64,000 bases of DNA, taken from positions 1 to 64,000 of the forward strand of contig JASMDC010000014.1 of assembly GCA_030753015.1 (NCBI GenBank), in the 5' to 3' direction. The notes below the pieces were generated by a model, which was not told the origin of the DNA, did no database searches, and saw only the letters and a list, made by a program, of their open reading frames with translations. Within the stretch, counting starts at the first letter, position 1, and each line of letters opens with the position of its first letter. This DNA comes from Candidatus Undinarchaeales archaeon. Its GTDB lineage: Archaea; SpSt-1190; JASMDC01. Of this stretch, positions 46,596 through 55,628 are shown piece after piece. The position numbers and the translations under genes were made by a program.

Positions 46596-49471
46596 AGCTC
46601 AAGCACCTTCTGCGTCTTGATCCGATAACGCACGTACATACCTGTGATGATGACGGTGACCATGAACGCGAATGCCACGACGACATTGACCAGTGTCGAC
46701 CAGAGCATGGCCAGGTCCTCGCGTTCGCTCTCGATGATGATGAGCTCGTTCCGCACACGTTCCGCGTCCTCCGTGAGATTCAGGTACTCACTTCCTAAGT
46801 CCCCTACAATCTCCCTGTACTCTTTGATGACCCTGTCGTACTTCTCCAGCGCGCGAGGGGGGAGGATACGGTCGCCCAATGCCTCCTGTCTGAGACCTTG
46901 GACATTCTCATACTTCGTCGAGACCTCGTCGAGCTTGTCGATGATATTACAGCGCAGGTTCACCCGGCTGAAGAACACGTTGGCCATGGCACCGTTGTGG
47001 CGCAGACGCTCAGAACGTGTCGTGGGTTTCAGGCAGTAGTACCTTCCGACATCCTCGAACGTTTTCAGGAGGGTGGCATTGGCCTTCTCGCAGATCGGCC
47101 GCGCCTCCTCGATATCGATGCACAACACTTCGAGGTTGCGCTCGGTCGAACGCAAGATGGAGAGAGCGCGGACCGACGTGAGATTATGGCTCCGCTTCAT
47201 TTCGTTGAGGGTTAGGACGTTCGTCGAGAACACCGAGAAGGAAGATACGAGGGAGGCGGCTTTCGCCGACATGACCGGATCTTTCTTCGACCAGTCATCG
47301 CAGTGGACCAGGAAATCGCGCAGAGCCTTCTTCTCCTCTGGGAACCGTTTATCGATGAGCTTGATGTCGTCCCGGGCCTTCCGACAGCTCGGTGGGATGA
47401 TCTCGAACTCCATGGGTCTCTCATCGGCGGCCCGGTCATCGTTCAGGGCATCGATGACAAGGCCGATCGTGTAGTCCCCTCTCGGATCGGAGAAGTCGAA
47501 CCCAAGGCCTATTGGCAGCGTAAGGCGGCCCCCCTTGTCGATCTCGAACACGGGCGAGGGTACCTCTACTGCTTTGGCATGACGCACACACGCCTCCCCG
47601 GCCCCAACGGGGCAGGACCGGGCAACGACACTGAACGTTATGTTCCGGAGAGGGGTGAACCCGCCAACCTCTGCCAGGGTGAGGCTCGTGTTACCAGTGA
47701 TCGACGGCGGGCGTTCCTTGTAGAGCGTGAGCTTGTCCGGCATCTCGATCATGAGCTGTGGGTGGGGGATCGTGAAGGAGAATGGGACCGTCCGGTCACC
47801 ACGGTCAGGTATGGTAATGCGCAGCCCGCAGGTGTACTTATCTGGCGGGAGGTAATGGGGTACGTTCACCTCGAGGTCGAAGTCACCGGTCTCTTTTGCC
47901 GATACACCGATAGTCCCCTTAGCGACAGTGATGAATGTATTATTGAAATCACAGTCCACGATCTCGCCAGTAATCCCCTCAGCACAACCTCCATCGACCT
48001 CGATGATGGTTATGTTCTGTGACCGGAAATCCCCGCAAGGGAGCTCACGCATGTCCACATTCTCTGCCTTGAGGAGATAGTCAAAGCGTGGTACTTTGAG
48101 GAACAGGACTGTCTCTTTCTTTGCTTGTTCGGTCTTCGTGCGTGGATATGTCGCTGCTAGCCGGCCCGTGTACTCCCCCGCATTGATGTACTTGGGGACC
48201 ATGATATTCAGGGTACCGCTTATCCGGTCACCAGGGGAGAGGTTGTCGGTCTTTTCAGCTTCGAACTCGAATGTGAAGTCCTTGATATTGCCCGTTATGT
48301 CCAACTTGAGGTCACGAACGCAGCCGGAGGTGGATGGTACGTACAGCTCGATGGGCTGCTTGAGCTCCCCCTTGCAGGGTGCGTCGAGCCCGATCGACCG
48401 GGGGCTCAGACGGAGCTCTGGAGGTCGGACTGACACAGCTGCGGGGACCTGTAGCATTTCATCCCCGAAGCGGAGGTTGATCTTGTAATCATCCTGCTTC
48501 TCATCCTCGTCCTCCAGGAGCGTGAGGTTGCCCAGAGTGAAGTCGACAGTTACCTTACCGCACTTGGGGAGCGTGTAGCTCTTCGAAGTGAAGATGAACG
48601 GATGGTCGTCCATGTTCACGTCAACTTCGAGCGGCAGATCGAACACGCAGCAGCGGTCCTCGATGGTTATGGTCCGTTCCTCGTTACCACAAGCGTTCTC
48701 GAATGAGAATGTATCAGGGCTTACTCGTACGTCCAGCGCTGGCACGAACCGAATGTTCAGGTCCACGACGATCTCAAGGGCGTTCGAACCCTCGATCCGA
48801 AGGGGTGTCGAATAGGTCGTCCATGGTGTGAGCACCTGTACTGTCTTCATGTTGAGCGTGATGTATTGGACCTGTCCCGATCTGACCTCACTGAAGCTCA
48901 ACTGGTTCCCGAAGCGATCACCAAGGCTGATCTCCAGAGGACAATCCCCGTCCTCGTTACACATGTATGATGAGTCCAATTGTGCCACAACGTTGTACGC
49001 GTCGAGCTTACCCTGATTGGTCAGGGAAAGACTGTCCGTAACCTTGACGGCCCCGGAAGAGCGACATGGGATCTCGATGTCCTTTGCGTACTCTATCGGA
49101 ACGGTGCGGAGGTTGGCACGCGCTTTCGCTACGTTGAAGGAGACGTATGTGGACTTCGGGCTACCGGTCAGGTTGTAAGCCTCGATCTTTAGCTTGTAGC
49201 TGCCTGTGCTCAGCTTCCCGATCATTATCTCGTGGCTTGTGGACCAGGAAGCATCGGTCCCGAGGACACGACCCCGGTCGTCCTTGACCTGTGCCTGGGA
49301 GTTCTGATTGGTCGAGATCGTGATCGTGAGAAGGTCTGCATCGGTCGCATAATCATAGGGTTCCTTCGATGCGATGACCTGAGCGGAACTCGTGAACCTG
49401 AAGTCATCCGCCACGGCGGACAAGCAGAGGAGGATCGACAGAGCGAGTAGTATGCGCTGGTAGCGAGCCAT
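46592..49471 (-). CDS. Large surface protein: Ig-like beta-rich repeats, helical stalk, C-terminal TM (tubulin operon gene 4)
   Basis: Signal peptide, repeated PC...VP.Y...G.Y...L modules, helical C-terminal region, TM plus YVRYRIK; abuts the gene 3 stop. Confidence 0.8.
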   Translation of the reverse strand: MARYQRILLALSILLCLSAVADDFRFTSSAQVIASKEPYDYATDADLLTITISTNQNSQAQVKDDRGRVLGTDASWSTSHEIMIGKLSTGSYKLKIEAYNLTGSPKSTYVSFNVAKARANLRTVPIEYAKDIEIPCRSSGAVKVTDSLSLTNQGKLDAYNVVAQLDSSYMCNEDGDCPLEISLGDRFGNQLSFSEVRSGQVQYITLNMKTVQVLTPWTTYSTPLRIEGSNALEIVVDLNIRFVPALDVRVSPDTFSFENACGNEERTITIEDRCCVFDLPLEVDVNMDDHPFIFTSKSYTLPKCGKVTVDFTLGNLTLLEDEDEKQDDYKINLRFGDEMLQVPAAVSVRPPELRLSPRSIGLDAPCKGELKQPIELYVPSTSGCVRDLKLDITGNIKDFTFEFEAEKTDNLSPGDRISGTLNIMVPKYINAGEYTGRLAATYPRTKTEQAKKETVLFLKVPRFDYLLKAENVDMRELPCGDFRSQNITIIEVDGGCAEGITGEIVDCDFNNTFITVAKGTIGVSAKETGDFDLEVNVPHYLPPDKYTCGLRITIPDRGDRTVPFSFTIPHPQLMIEMPDKLTLYKERPPSITGNTSLTLAEVGGFTPLRNITFSVVARSCPVGAGEACVRHAKAVEVPSPVFEIDKGGRLTLPIGLGFDFSDPRGDYTIGLVIDALNDDRAADERPMEFEIIPPSCRKARDDIKLIDKRFPEEKKALRDFLVHCDDWSKKDPVMSAKAASLVSSFSVFSTNVLTLNEMKRSHNLTSVRALSILRSTERNLEVLCIDIEEARPICEKANATLLKTFEDVGRYYCLKPTTRSERLRHNGAMANVFFSRVNLRCNIIDKLDEVSTKYENVQGLRQEALGDRILPPRALEKYDRVIKEYREIVGDLGSEYLNLTEDAERVRNELIIIESEREDLAMLWSTLVNVVVAFAFMVTVIITGMYVRYRIKTQKVLEL

Positions 49472-50398
49472 TCAACCACGCCCCAGGAGCAGGAGCACCG
49501 CACCAGCGATGGCCAGTATCACCGACACCCCCAAGGCACCTAGGGCCACCGACCGGGGCTGGACGATGTTAGTGGAGCTTGTGAACGTTTTCCAGAACTC
49601 CACTTGTGCACGATACTTCCGATCGTAGGCGATTATGATAACGATCACCAGGAAGCATCCAACGAGCGCTGCCGGGGCTATCCGCGTCGTTACGAGCCCG
49701 GGAATGCGTGTGCTCTCATCCTCCAACAACATCTTAGACTTCTTGAGTTCCTCCTTGAAGCTCTCAAGAGGGGCCTCGGGCCCGAGCCCGGTAACTCCCA
49801 TTTCCTTGATGTTCTTCTGTGATGCTTCTCCGGCCTCGACGACACGCGACTCGTACAATGAGGGGTAGTCAAGAAGGAACTTGCGCTCGGGTTCAGTCAA
49901 GGCTGCGAGCTCTTCCGACGTCGGGACCGTGCCAATGCGCAGGTCCGCTGTATACCGGGAGAGCCTTAGGGCACGACTGGCGGTCATTACCGATTCATGT
50001 ACGCATGAGGGCCGGTCACATATCGTTGCCCAGGATATCTCCATCCAATCGGTGATTAGCGTGTCGACACGGGCTCCTGACTCGGACACCGCACGCGTCA
50101 CCTCTGAAATGAAGCCCGACATGACATGCTTGAAGGATTCCGGTGTGCAACCAGTAACTCCGCTGAGCGCCTGTTCTCCAGTCTCGCATATGGAGAGGTT
50201 AGCAAGGACCGGATCATCAACATATCCTTCGATGAACTTCGCGTCCATTTTTCCACGGACAGGTCTGATGAGATCGATACAATCCTTGGGAGCACCTTTA
50301 TCCGGTTCGCAAGCAGGTGGTTCGCCCTCGAACACGAACTGTGTACATCCACTGATGAGTACGAATGAGAGCAGGAGAACTGCGTACTTACTCTTCAT
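49472..50398 (-). CDS. Lipoprotein with two C-terminal TM helices (tubulin operon gene 3)
   Basis: MKSKYAVLLLSFVLISG/C lipobox; two C-terminal hydrophobic segments; 11-nt overlap with gene 2. Confidence 0.75.
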   Translation of the reverse strand: MKSKYAVLLLSFVLISGCTQFVFEGEPPACEPDKGAPKDCIDLIRPVRGKMDAKFIEGYVDDPVLANLSICETGEQALSGVTGCTPESFKHVMSGFISEVTRAVSESGARVDTLITDWMEISWATICDRPSCVHESVMTASRALRLSRYTADLRIGTVPTSEELAALTEPERKFLLDYPSLYESRVVEAGEASQKNIKEMGVTGLGPEAPLESFKEELKKSKMLLEDESTRIPGLVTTRIAPAALVGCFLVIVIIIAYDRKYRAQVEFWKTFTSSTNIVQPRSVALGALGVSVILAIAGAVLLLLGRG

Positions 50399-52325
50399 CG
50401 TCCTCACCCTCCCAATAGTCATCATCGTCGGCCTCAGTATCATCAACCTCGGCCTTCGCCTGTACGGCCTCGCTCGCCCCCTTGTTCGGCTCCTTGCTTC
50501 TCTTTGGGACGGGAGCTCCCCTTACAATGGCGAGTCCAAGAAGAGCGCCAAGCAGACCACCGAGCCCGAAACCGAAGAGGATACCGGGAACGCCACCGAC
50601 CGCGGCGTTCGTCTTGGCGTTCTTCGCCCGCTCGATCTCGACGACGGCACGCTGTCCAAGGAGGTCCTCTCGTTCATGGAGCGACTCCACGGAAACCGCG
50701 GCCATAGCAAGACTATCGAGCGCTACCGTCTCGATGCTCAATGAAGAGGAACTGCTCCCGCACCGGCCATCAGTGCAAGTGACGTTGATGTAAACTACAC
50801 AGGCGCCTCCGGTGGAGGAGTAAACTACGGTCCCGTTGACGTCCGCGCGGGCGGGTACGGTCCATCCCTCGTTGGCCGCTGTAAGGCCTTCTATCTTAAG
50901 GCCCGTAGCACAGCCTGCATTATCCGTGACCTTGAGGAGGCGTTCAAGGTCGGCCGGCACCGTCCCAGAGAGCTTGATCGAGAAGGGGTACCGTGATGCC
51001 ATCCCGGTGAAGGTGCGCTGTGACGTGGTACCAATATCCAGGCTCTGGACAAGTGGAGCTCGAACGAGGAACTCGGCGCATCCCTCGCCGGAGAGCCCCT
51101 TGATAACGGCACAAATAGCATGGAGACCTGCAGCGTCCGGGACGAGACCGAGGTCTTTGAGTGCATATGGTTTCCCAGATACGACCTGGAACACCTTGGA
51201 GGATGAGGCAAGGGTCTCACTGCTGGTAACGGTGATATTCAGAGGGAGGACGATGTCAGGAACGCCGGTGACCGTGACGGACGTCTCGACCGTGTCCCCG
51301 GGGAACACCTCGAGGCGATCGTGTGAGAAATATATGTGGAATGCTCCCGAGCCCAGCTGTGTGATGGGAGCACGGACCAGTGTCTCCACGGTCTCGTTGC
51401 GCTCGAACGAGTAGGTGACGTGTAGCATATCGGTGCCATTGAACAGCGGGCGGAGCGTGAGAGCGACGGTCGTTCCCGCGACAGGCTTCATCACAAGGAG
51501 CTCGGTCCGCTCCCCGTCCTTCCAGCTTCCGAGCACCTCGAAGGCCTCTGTGTTCACGGAGACGGTGAGGATGCGATCGGTGCGCTGTTCATTAGTGAAG
51601 ACCACTGTGGCGTTGAAGGTCTCGTTCCCCTGGAGGACCGTTGCAGTGGTCGTGAGTTCGGCCGTCGGCAGCACGGCGGGCACATCGACCTCAGGGCCTG
51701 TGACTTTCCCCTTGACCATGGCTTCGATCACGCACGTATCCAAGGTCACATCGCCCTCTCCAGTGGCCGTGAGCGTGATGGTGGTGGACCCTCCGCCAAT
51801 GGCGCGGAAGGAAGCGAGCTTCACGATGCCCTGAATCATGCTGGTGACGTTCTGAGCGTACTCGAGAGTAAGCACCGAGTCATCGAAATCCGCGGATACG
51901 TTCGCATCGGTAGCAAAGGCCCATGCGCTCACATCAAGGTTATCGCCGAGGTCCAGTGTGACAGATGCATCGGGACAGAGCAGACCCACAGGTTCTCGAG
52001 GCTTGATCTCGACCGTGGCCCACGTCCGAACGGTACCGGATGTGCGGTTGACGAGGGTGAGGTTGAGCTGTGGATTCTCTACAACAAGGCCATATGGCGG
52101 TGCCGTCACATTGACGATCACCTCGAAATTGGACCCTGCAGGTGGGAATGACACGGTCGCGTAGGATGCGGCGGACGCGGGATCCACATCTACGACAATA
52201 CCTTCGGTCGCTGTGACAGGCGGAAATGTACAGCTCTCGGACGAGCCCTCCCGAAGTGGGCCTAGCGAATCGCACGTCTTGAGTGCGAACGCTGGCGATA
52301 TCATTAGTGTAAAGAGGAGCACCAA
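50388..52325 (-). CDS. Thr/Val-rich Ig-like surface protein with C-terminal TM and acidic tail (tubulin operon gene 2)
   Basis: Signal peptide ending AFA, beta-rich ectodomain with many N-x-S/T sites, Gly-rich TM, tail DDTEADDDDYWEGEDDEE. True start may be ATA 52358. Confidence 0.8.
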   Translation of the reverse strand: MVLLFTLMISPAFALKTCDSLGPLREGSSESCTFPPVTATEGIVVDVDPASAASYATVSFPPAGSNFEVIVNVTAPPYGLVVENPQLNLTLVNRTSGTVRTWATVEIKPREPVGLLCPDASVTLDLGDNLDVSAWAFATDANVSADFDDSVLTLEYAQNVTSMIQGIVKLASFRAIGGGSTTITLTATGEGDVTLDTCVIEAMVKGKVTGPEVDVPAVLPTAELTTTATVLQGNETFNATVVFTNEQRTDRILTVSVNTEAFEVLGSWKDGERTELLVMKPVAGTTVALTLRPLFNGTDMLHVTYSFERNETVETLVRAPITQLGSGAFHIYFSHDRLEVFPGDTVETSVTVTGVPDIVLPLNITVTSSETLASSSKVFQVVSGKPYALKDLGLVPDAAGLHAICAVIKGLSGEGCAEFLVRAPLVQSLDIGTTSQRTFTGMASRYPFSIKLSGTVPADLERLLKVTDNAGCATGLKIEGLTAANEGWTVPARADVNGTVVYSSTGGACVVYINVTCTDGRCGSSSSSLSIETVALDSLAMAAVSVESLHEREDLLGQRAVVEIERAKNAKTNAAVGGVPGILFGFGLGGLLGALLGLAIVRGAPVPKRSKEPNKGASEAVQAKAEVDDTEADDDDYWEGEDDEE

Positions 52326-52361
52326 TCCAATTAGACGTATGGATCTAGGAGAAGCTATCGC

Positions 52362-53645
52362 CTACCCCCCTGAGAAGAACTCCATCTCAGTAACGTTATC
52401 AAAGAGCGCCTGTGCTTCATCCGGTGAAGTCTTGCTCGCTTCACGGAGGGTCTTGCGGGCCCAAGCGTTCCCCTTGACCTCGAGCTCCTTCAATCGCCCC
52501 ACGTCCTGCGGTCTGTAGGTGAAGGACGTTGTGACGGAGATCTCGGGATTGTCGGTCGGGACCACACCATGATGGAGCTCCTTACGAGTGAGGCGGCCCT
52601 CTTGGTCCTTGGTGATGGTCTCGAAGTATATCTTGTTCAGGTACTTCTTGTTCACCTTGAACACCATGGCGGCAGAGACAGGGAGCGTCTCTTCCAGCCC
52701 GGTCATGAGCTGTTTCGACCAGCACTTCATGGCCTCATCCGCGACCTGCTGAGTCTTGTCCTTTGATAAGAAGGGGAGCATCGTCTCCGAGAAGCTCAGG
52801 AACATCTGGCTACGTCCGATCGAGGCGATACCGGGCTTGCCCGGCATATAGGCAAGAGCTCGGATGTAGTCCGCAATGTCGAATGCGGGCAGGTTGAGCT
52901 TGCCCGTTGAGTCCTGGATGGACACGATGAGGTCGAGCACGAGGTTCTTAAGGGAGTCGACCACCATCTCGTTGAACACAGGTATCTTCTCGATGAAGGC
53001 GCCATGACCACGCTCGAGAACGACCTGGTTATCGACGACGATGAGCCCGTCGACGAGGTCGAGCATCTTGGTAATGTTCCACACGGCGTTCCAGGCACGC
53101 ATGTAGCCTTCGCTCTCCTCGGCAGGGAGCACTGCGACAGCGATGATGGGCGTGTTCGGGTAGATAAGCTTGAGGAACTCTGCGATCTTGGGTGCAGTAC
53201 CGGAACCCGTACCACCGCCAGCACCGAACGCCATGAGGATGACCGGAGGCCCGTTCTCACCCATCTTGAGGTGTAGGAAACGGCGGAACTCGGGCAGGAA
53301 CTCGTTCTGGTGTTCCTCGAGAAGGATGTGGCCCTTCCAAGGTGTAGCGCCCATCCCGCCCTTCACGCGACCTTCGAAGTCGGTCTGGTCGGTCTTTCCT
53401 AGGGCAGGAGCCACGCACGATCCGTCGATCCCGATACCCACGACGGGATCGAGCTTGAAGGCCTTGCGCAGGTTAGGGCAAGCGCGGTAGTAATCGGTGA
53501 ACCCTGATGTGATGCACACAGGAGTGATGAACACCGACGGGTCCTGTTTGAAGAAGTCAAGGAATGTCTTCTCACCCTTCAGGTTCATATACAGCTGGTC
53601 GAGTATCTTCATCCCGCACTGACCAAGTCCCACTGCACCGTACAT
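52362..53645 (-). CDS. Tubulin/FtsZ superfamily GTPase, divergent (CetZ/TubZ-like)
   Basis: VGLGQCG (T1), GGMGATPWKG (T3), GAGGGTGSG (T4), AVLP, IVVDN, FN, FDIADY (T7). Confidence 0.9.
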   Translation of the reverse strand: MYGAVGLGQCGMKILDQLYMNLKGEKTFLDFFKQDPSVFITPVCITSGFTDYYRACPNLRKAFKLDPVVGIGIDGSCVAPALGKTDQTDFEGRVKGGMGATPWKGHILLEEHQNEFLPEFRRFLHLKMGENGPPVILMAFGAGGGTGSGTAPKIAEFLKLIYPNTPIIAVAVLPAEESEGYMRAWNAVWNITKMLDLVDGLIVVDNQVVLERGHGAFIEKIPVFNEMVVDSLKNLVLDLIVSIQDSTGKLNLPAFDIADYIRALAYMPGKPGIASIGRSQMFLSFSETMLPFLSKDKTQQVADEAMKCWSKQLMTGLEETLPVSAAMVFKVNKKYLNKIYFETITKDQEGRLTRKELHHGVVPTDNPEISVTTSFTYRPQDVGRLKELEVKGNAWARKTLREASKTSPDEAQALFDNVTEMEFFSGG

Positions 53646-53666
53646 ATCTGATATATCGGGAGGGGA

Positions 53667-53676
53667 TTAATATTAA
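53667..53676. promoter_or_regulatory. Palindromic AT-rich box, probable shared promoter of the divergent tubulin and Ubl genes
   Basis: TTAATATTAA is a perfect palindrome in the 76-bp intergenic gap. Confidence 0.5.
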
Positions 53677-53721
53677 ATAGGTATTCGTGCCATTCCGTGA
53701 CGGATCCGGGGGCCGTGACCT

Positions 53722-55584
53722 ATGACAGGAATGTACTATATCCGTCTTGCTACCATTGATGAGGTCTTTCAGGTCCACCCCTTCGATCCCAACGATCCGG
53801 GACAACCCCTGCTCGAGAACTTCACACGCATCGTCGGTAGCGTCTACCACCTCTCGCGTATCTACAGGCTCAAGTCCATCGGTCTATACGTCCATTATGT
53901 ATTGGAGCGGGCCAAGACCTGGGTCACCGAGGAGGAGGGCGACTACGTGCTCAACGTCGAGGTGCCCACTACCTGGACCTATCCCAGTACCGTGGAGCTG
54001 CTCTCCGAGATGGCTGCGAGCAAGTATCGCGATAACAGGATGAAGCTCACAAAGCGGGCAGAGATGGGTATCAATCCCTTCCTCAACCAGGCCGTTTCCA
54101 GCATACAACGTATGCAGGTCTCCGAGCTACAAGGGCTCGTTGATATCCCGGATAACGTAGCACGGGCCTATATCGCCAAGCTTCGGGGTGAGCAGCAGAC
54201 CCTCCTTCGTAATCTTGTTATCGGCAAGCTCCTCGCGGCGGGGAAGCTCTACGCTACAACCCAGCAGGCAGATGCCCAGCACACCGTCTGCGTCCGATGT
54301 GGGAACGTCCTTGACCTGCAGCGAAACCGCTGCCCGAAGTGTTTCTCCGCCCACCAGGGCGTGAAGTTCCAGGTCTATGTGACCGCATGGCAGGATGGCG
54401 AACCGGGAAAAGATTTCCTTGTGTTCCCGATCGAACCTCTGAAATCGATCCTCCCCAATCCCACATCCCCTCTTTTCGAGCAGACAATGCTCAAGGAGCT
54501 CGTGCTCCAGCATTTCAAGATTAGCGGGGACAGCGAGGGCTTCGTGCTCATGGACCTGGACCGCTCGCAGGAAGGGACATGGGAGCGCACTAATCTCCTA
54601 CTTCACGGTCGGAGGCTAGCGCTTGTGCCCTCTGATCGCGCCCCGGACATCGACGATTCCGAGATCTACGCCCAGCTCCGTTTCTCTGATGTGTGCGCCG
54701 ACTTCATCCAGCTACGGGTGACTCTCCCCGGGAACAGAGGGACCGTGGCCCACTCGGTAAGCCCGGAGACGCGCCTCGGGGACGTCGCCGATGCGGTGGT
54801 CAATAAAGCGGGGCTCAAGCTGGCGGACACCATCCTTGTTCGTGGGGGGCATCCCCTTGACCGGGAGGGGACCGTGGGCCAGGTAGGGCTCGTCAGCGGG
54901 GAAGAGGTCACCGTACAGGCCGTAGCACAGATGGCCGTGTTCATCCCAGAGATCGGGGGTACGAAACGATTCGGTGTCCCCGGGCGGATCACTGCTGCCC
55001 AGGCCATCGACCTCCTCAAGACACGATGCAATCTGACAGGTGATTACGTGCTCTCACAGGGTTCGGTATTCCTTAATCCAGATCACATTATCGATCCTGC
55101 TGCGCTCAGCAAGGGTGCGGGATTGCGTCTCAACCAACTCATCACCGTTGGTATCCAGCTCGCGGGGAACGTTCATACCATCAGTGTCTCGGCCGAGTCG
55201 ACGGTCGGCGACCTGCTCAGCAATCTCAAGGTGCGCGTCGGTGTGAACGGAGTGCTCGTTGCCCAGCTCAAGGGTGCGGTCGTCCCTAGCACCACACTAA
55301 TTGGTGAGCTCGATCTCAAGAAGGGACAGAACCTCGCGGCCGTGGAACGTCAGGTCAAGATGATCAACCTAACCATCTCACCGATCGAGGGAGGGAAGGA
55401 CACCAAGGTATCCATAGCTGAGGACCAGACAGTCTCCTCGCTCAAAGTCCAGCTCCGTACGATGCTCGGTCTCCCCGATAGCTCACGCATGGACCTCGTT
55501 TTCGGGGAGAAGGTGCTCAAGGACGATGCATCCCTGATGGAGTCCGGTGTCGGGGAAGGCGCGAACCTCTTCCTCATGGGATAA
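53722..55584 (+). CDS. Zn-ribbon protein with four tandem C-terminal ubiquitin-like domains
   Basis: CVRC-x10-CPKC at aa ~190. Four ~73-aa beta-grasp-like units at aa ~329-620; the last reads TVSSLKVQLRTMLGLP..RMDLVFGEKVLKDDASLMESGVGEGANLFL. Confidence 0.75.
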   Translation: MTGMYYIRLATIDEVFQVHPFDPNDPGQPLLENFTRIVGSVYHLSRIYRLKSIGLYVHYVLERAKTWVTEEEGDYVLNVEVPTTWTYPSTVELLSEMAASKYRDNRMKLTKRAEMGINPFLNQAVSSIQRMQVSELQGLVDIPDNVARAYIAKLRGEQQTLLRNLVIGKLLAAGKLYATTQQADAQHTVCVRCGNVLDLQRNRCPKCFSAHQGVKFQVYVTAWQDGEPGKDFLVFPIEPLKSILPNPTSPLFEQTMLKELVLQHFKISGDSEGFVLMDLDRSQEGTWERTNLLLHGRRLALVPSDRAPDIDDSEIYAQLRFSDVCADFIQLRVTLPGNRGTVAHSVSPETRLGDVADAVVNKAGLKLADTILVRGGHPLDREGTVGQVGLVSGEEVTVQAVAQMAVFIPEIGGTKRFGVPGRITAAQAIDLLKTRCNLTGDYVLSQGSVFLNPDHIIDPAALSKGAGLRLNQLITVGIQLAGNVHTISVSAESTVGDLLSNLKVRVGVNGVLVAQLKGAVVPSTTLIGELDLKKGQNLAAVERQVKMINLTISPIEGGKDTKVSIAEDQTVSSLKVQLRTMLGLPDSSRMDLVFGEKVLKDDASLMESGVGEGANLFLMG

Positions 55585-55628
55585 ACGAAGATATTTATGC
55601 GATGGGCGGCATTAGTTTAGTTGGGGCA

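Noticed and set aside
52362-52364. Pyrrolysine or genome-wide TAG recoding
   Set aside because: TAG ends several well-defined genes here (cysS, glpK) at expected lengths, and no pyl genes are present in the window.
52362-52370. Tubulin-like protein ends in Gly-Gly, next to a Ubl gene, suggesting it could be conjugated
   Set aside because: The GG is encoded by a GGGGGG run that is plausibly the RBS for the next gene. No Ubl fold precedes it and no E1 is in the window.
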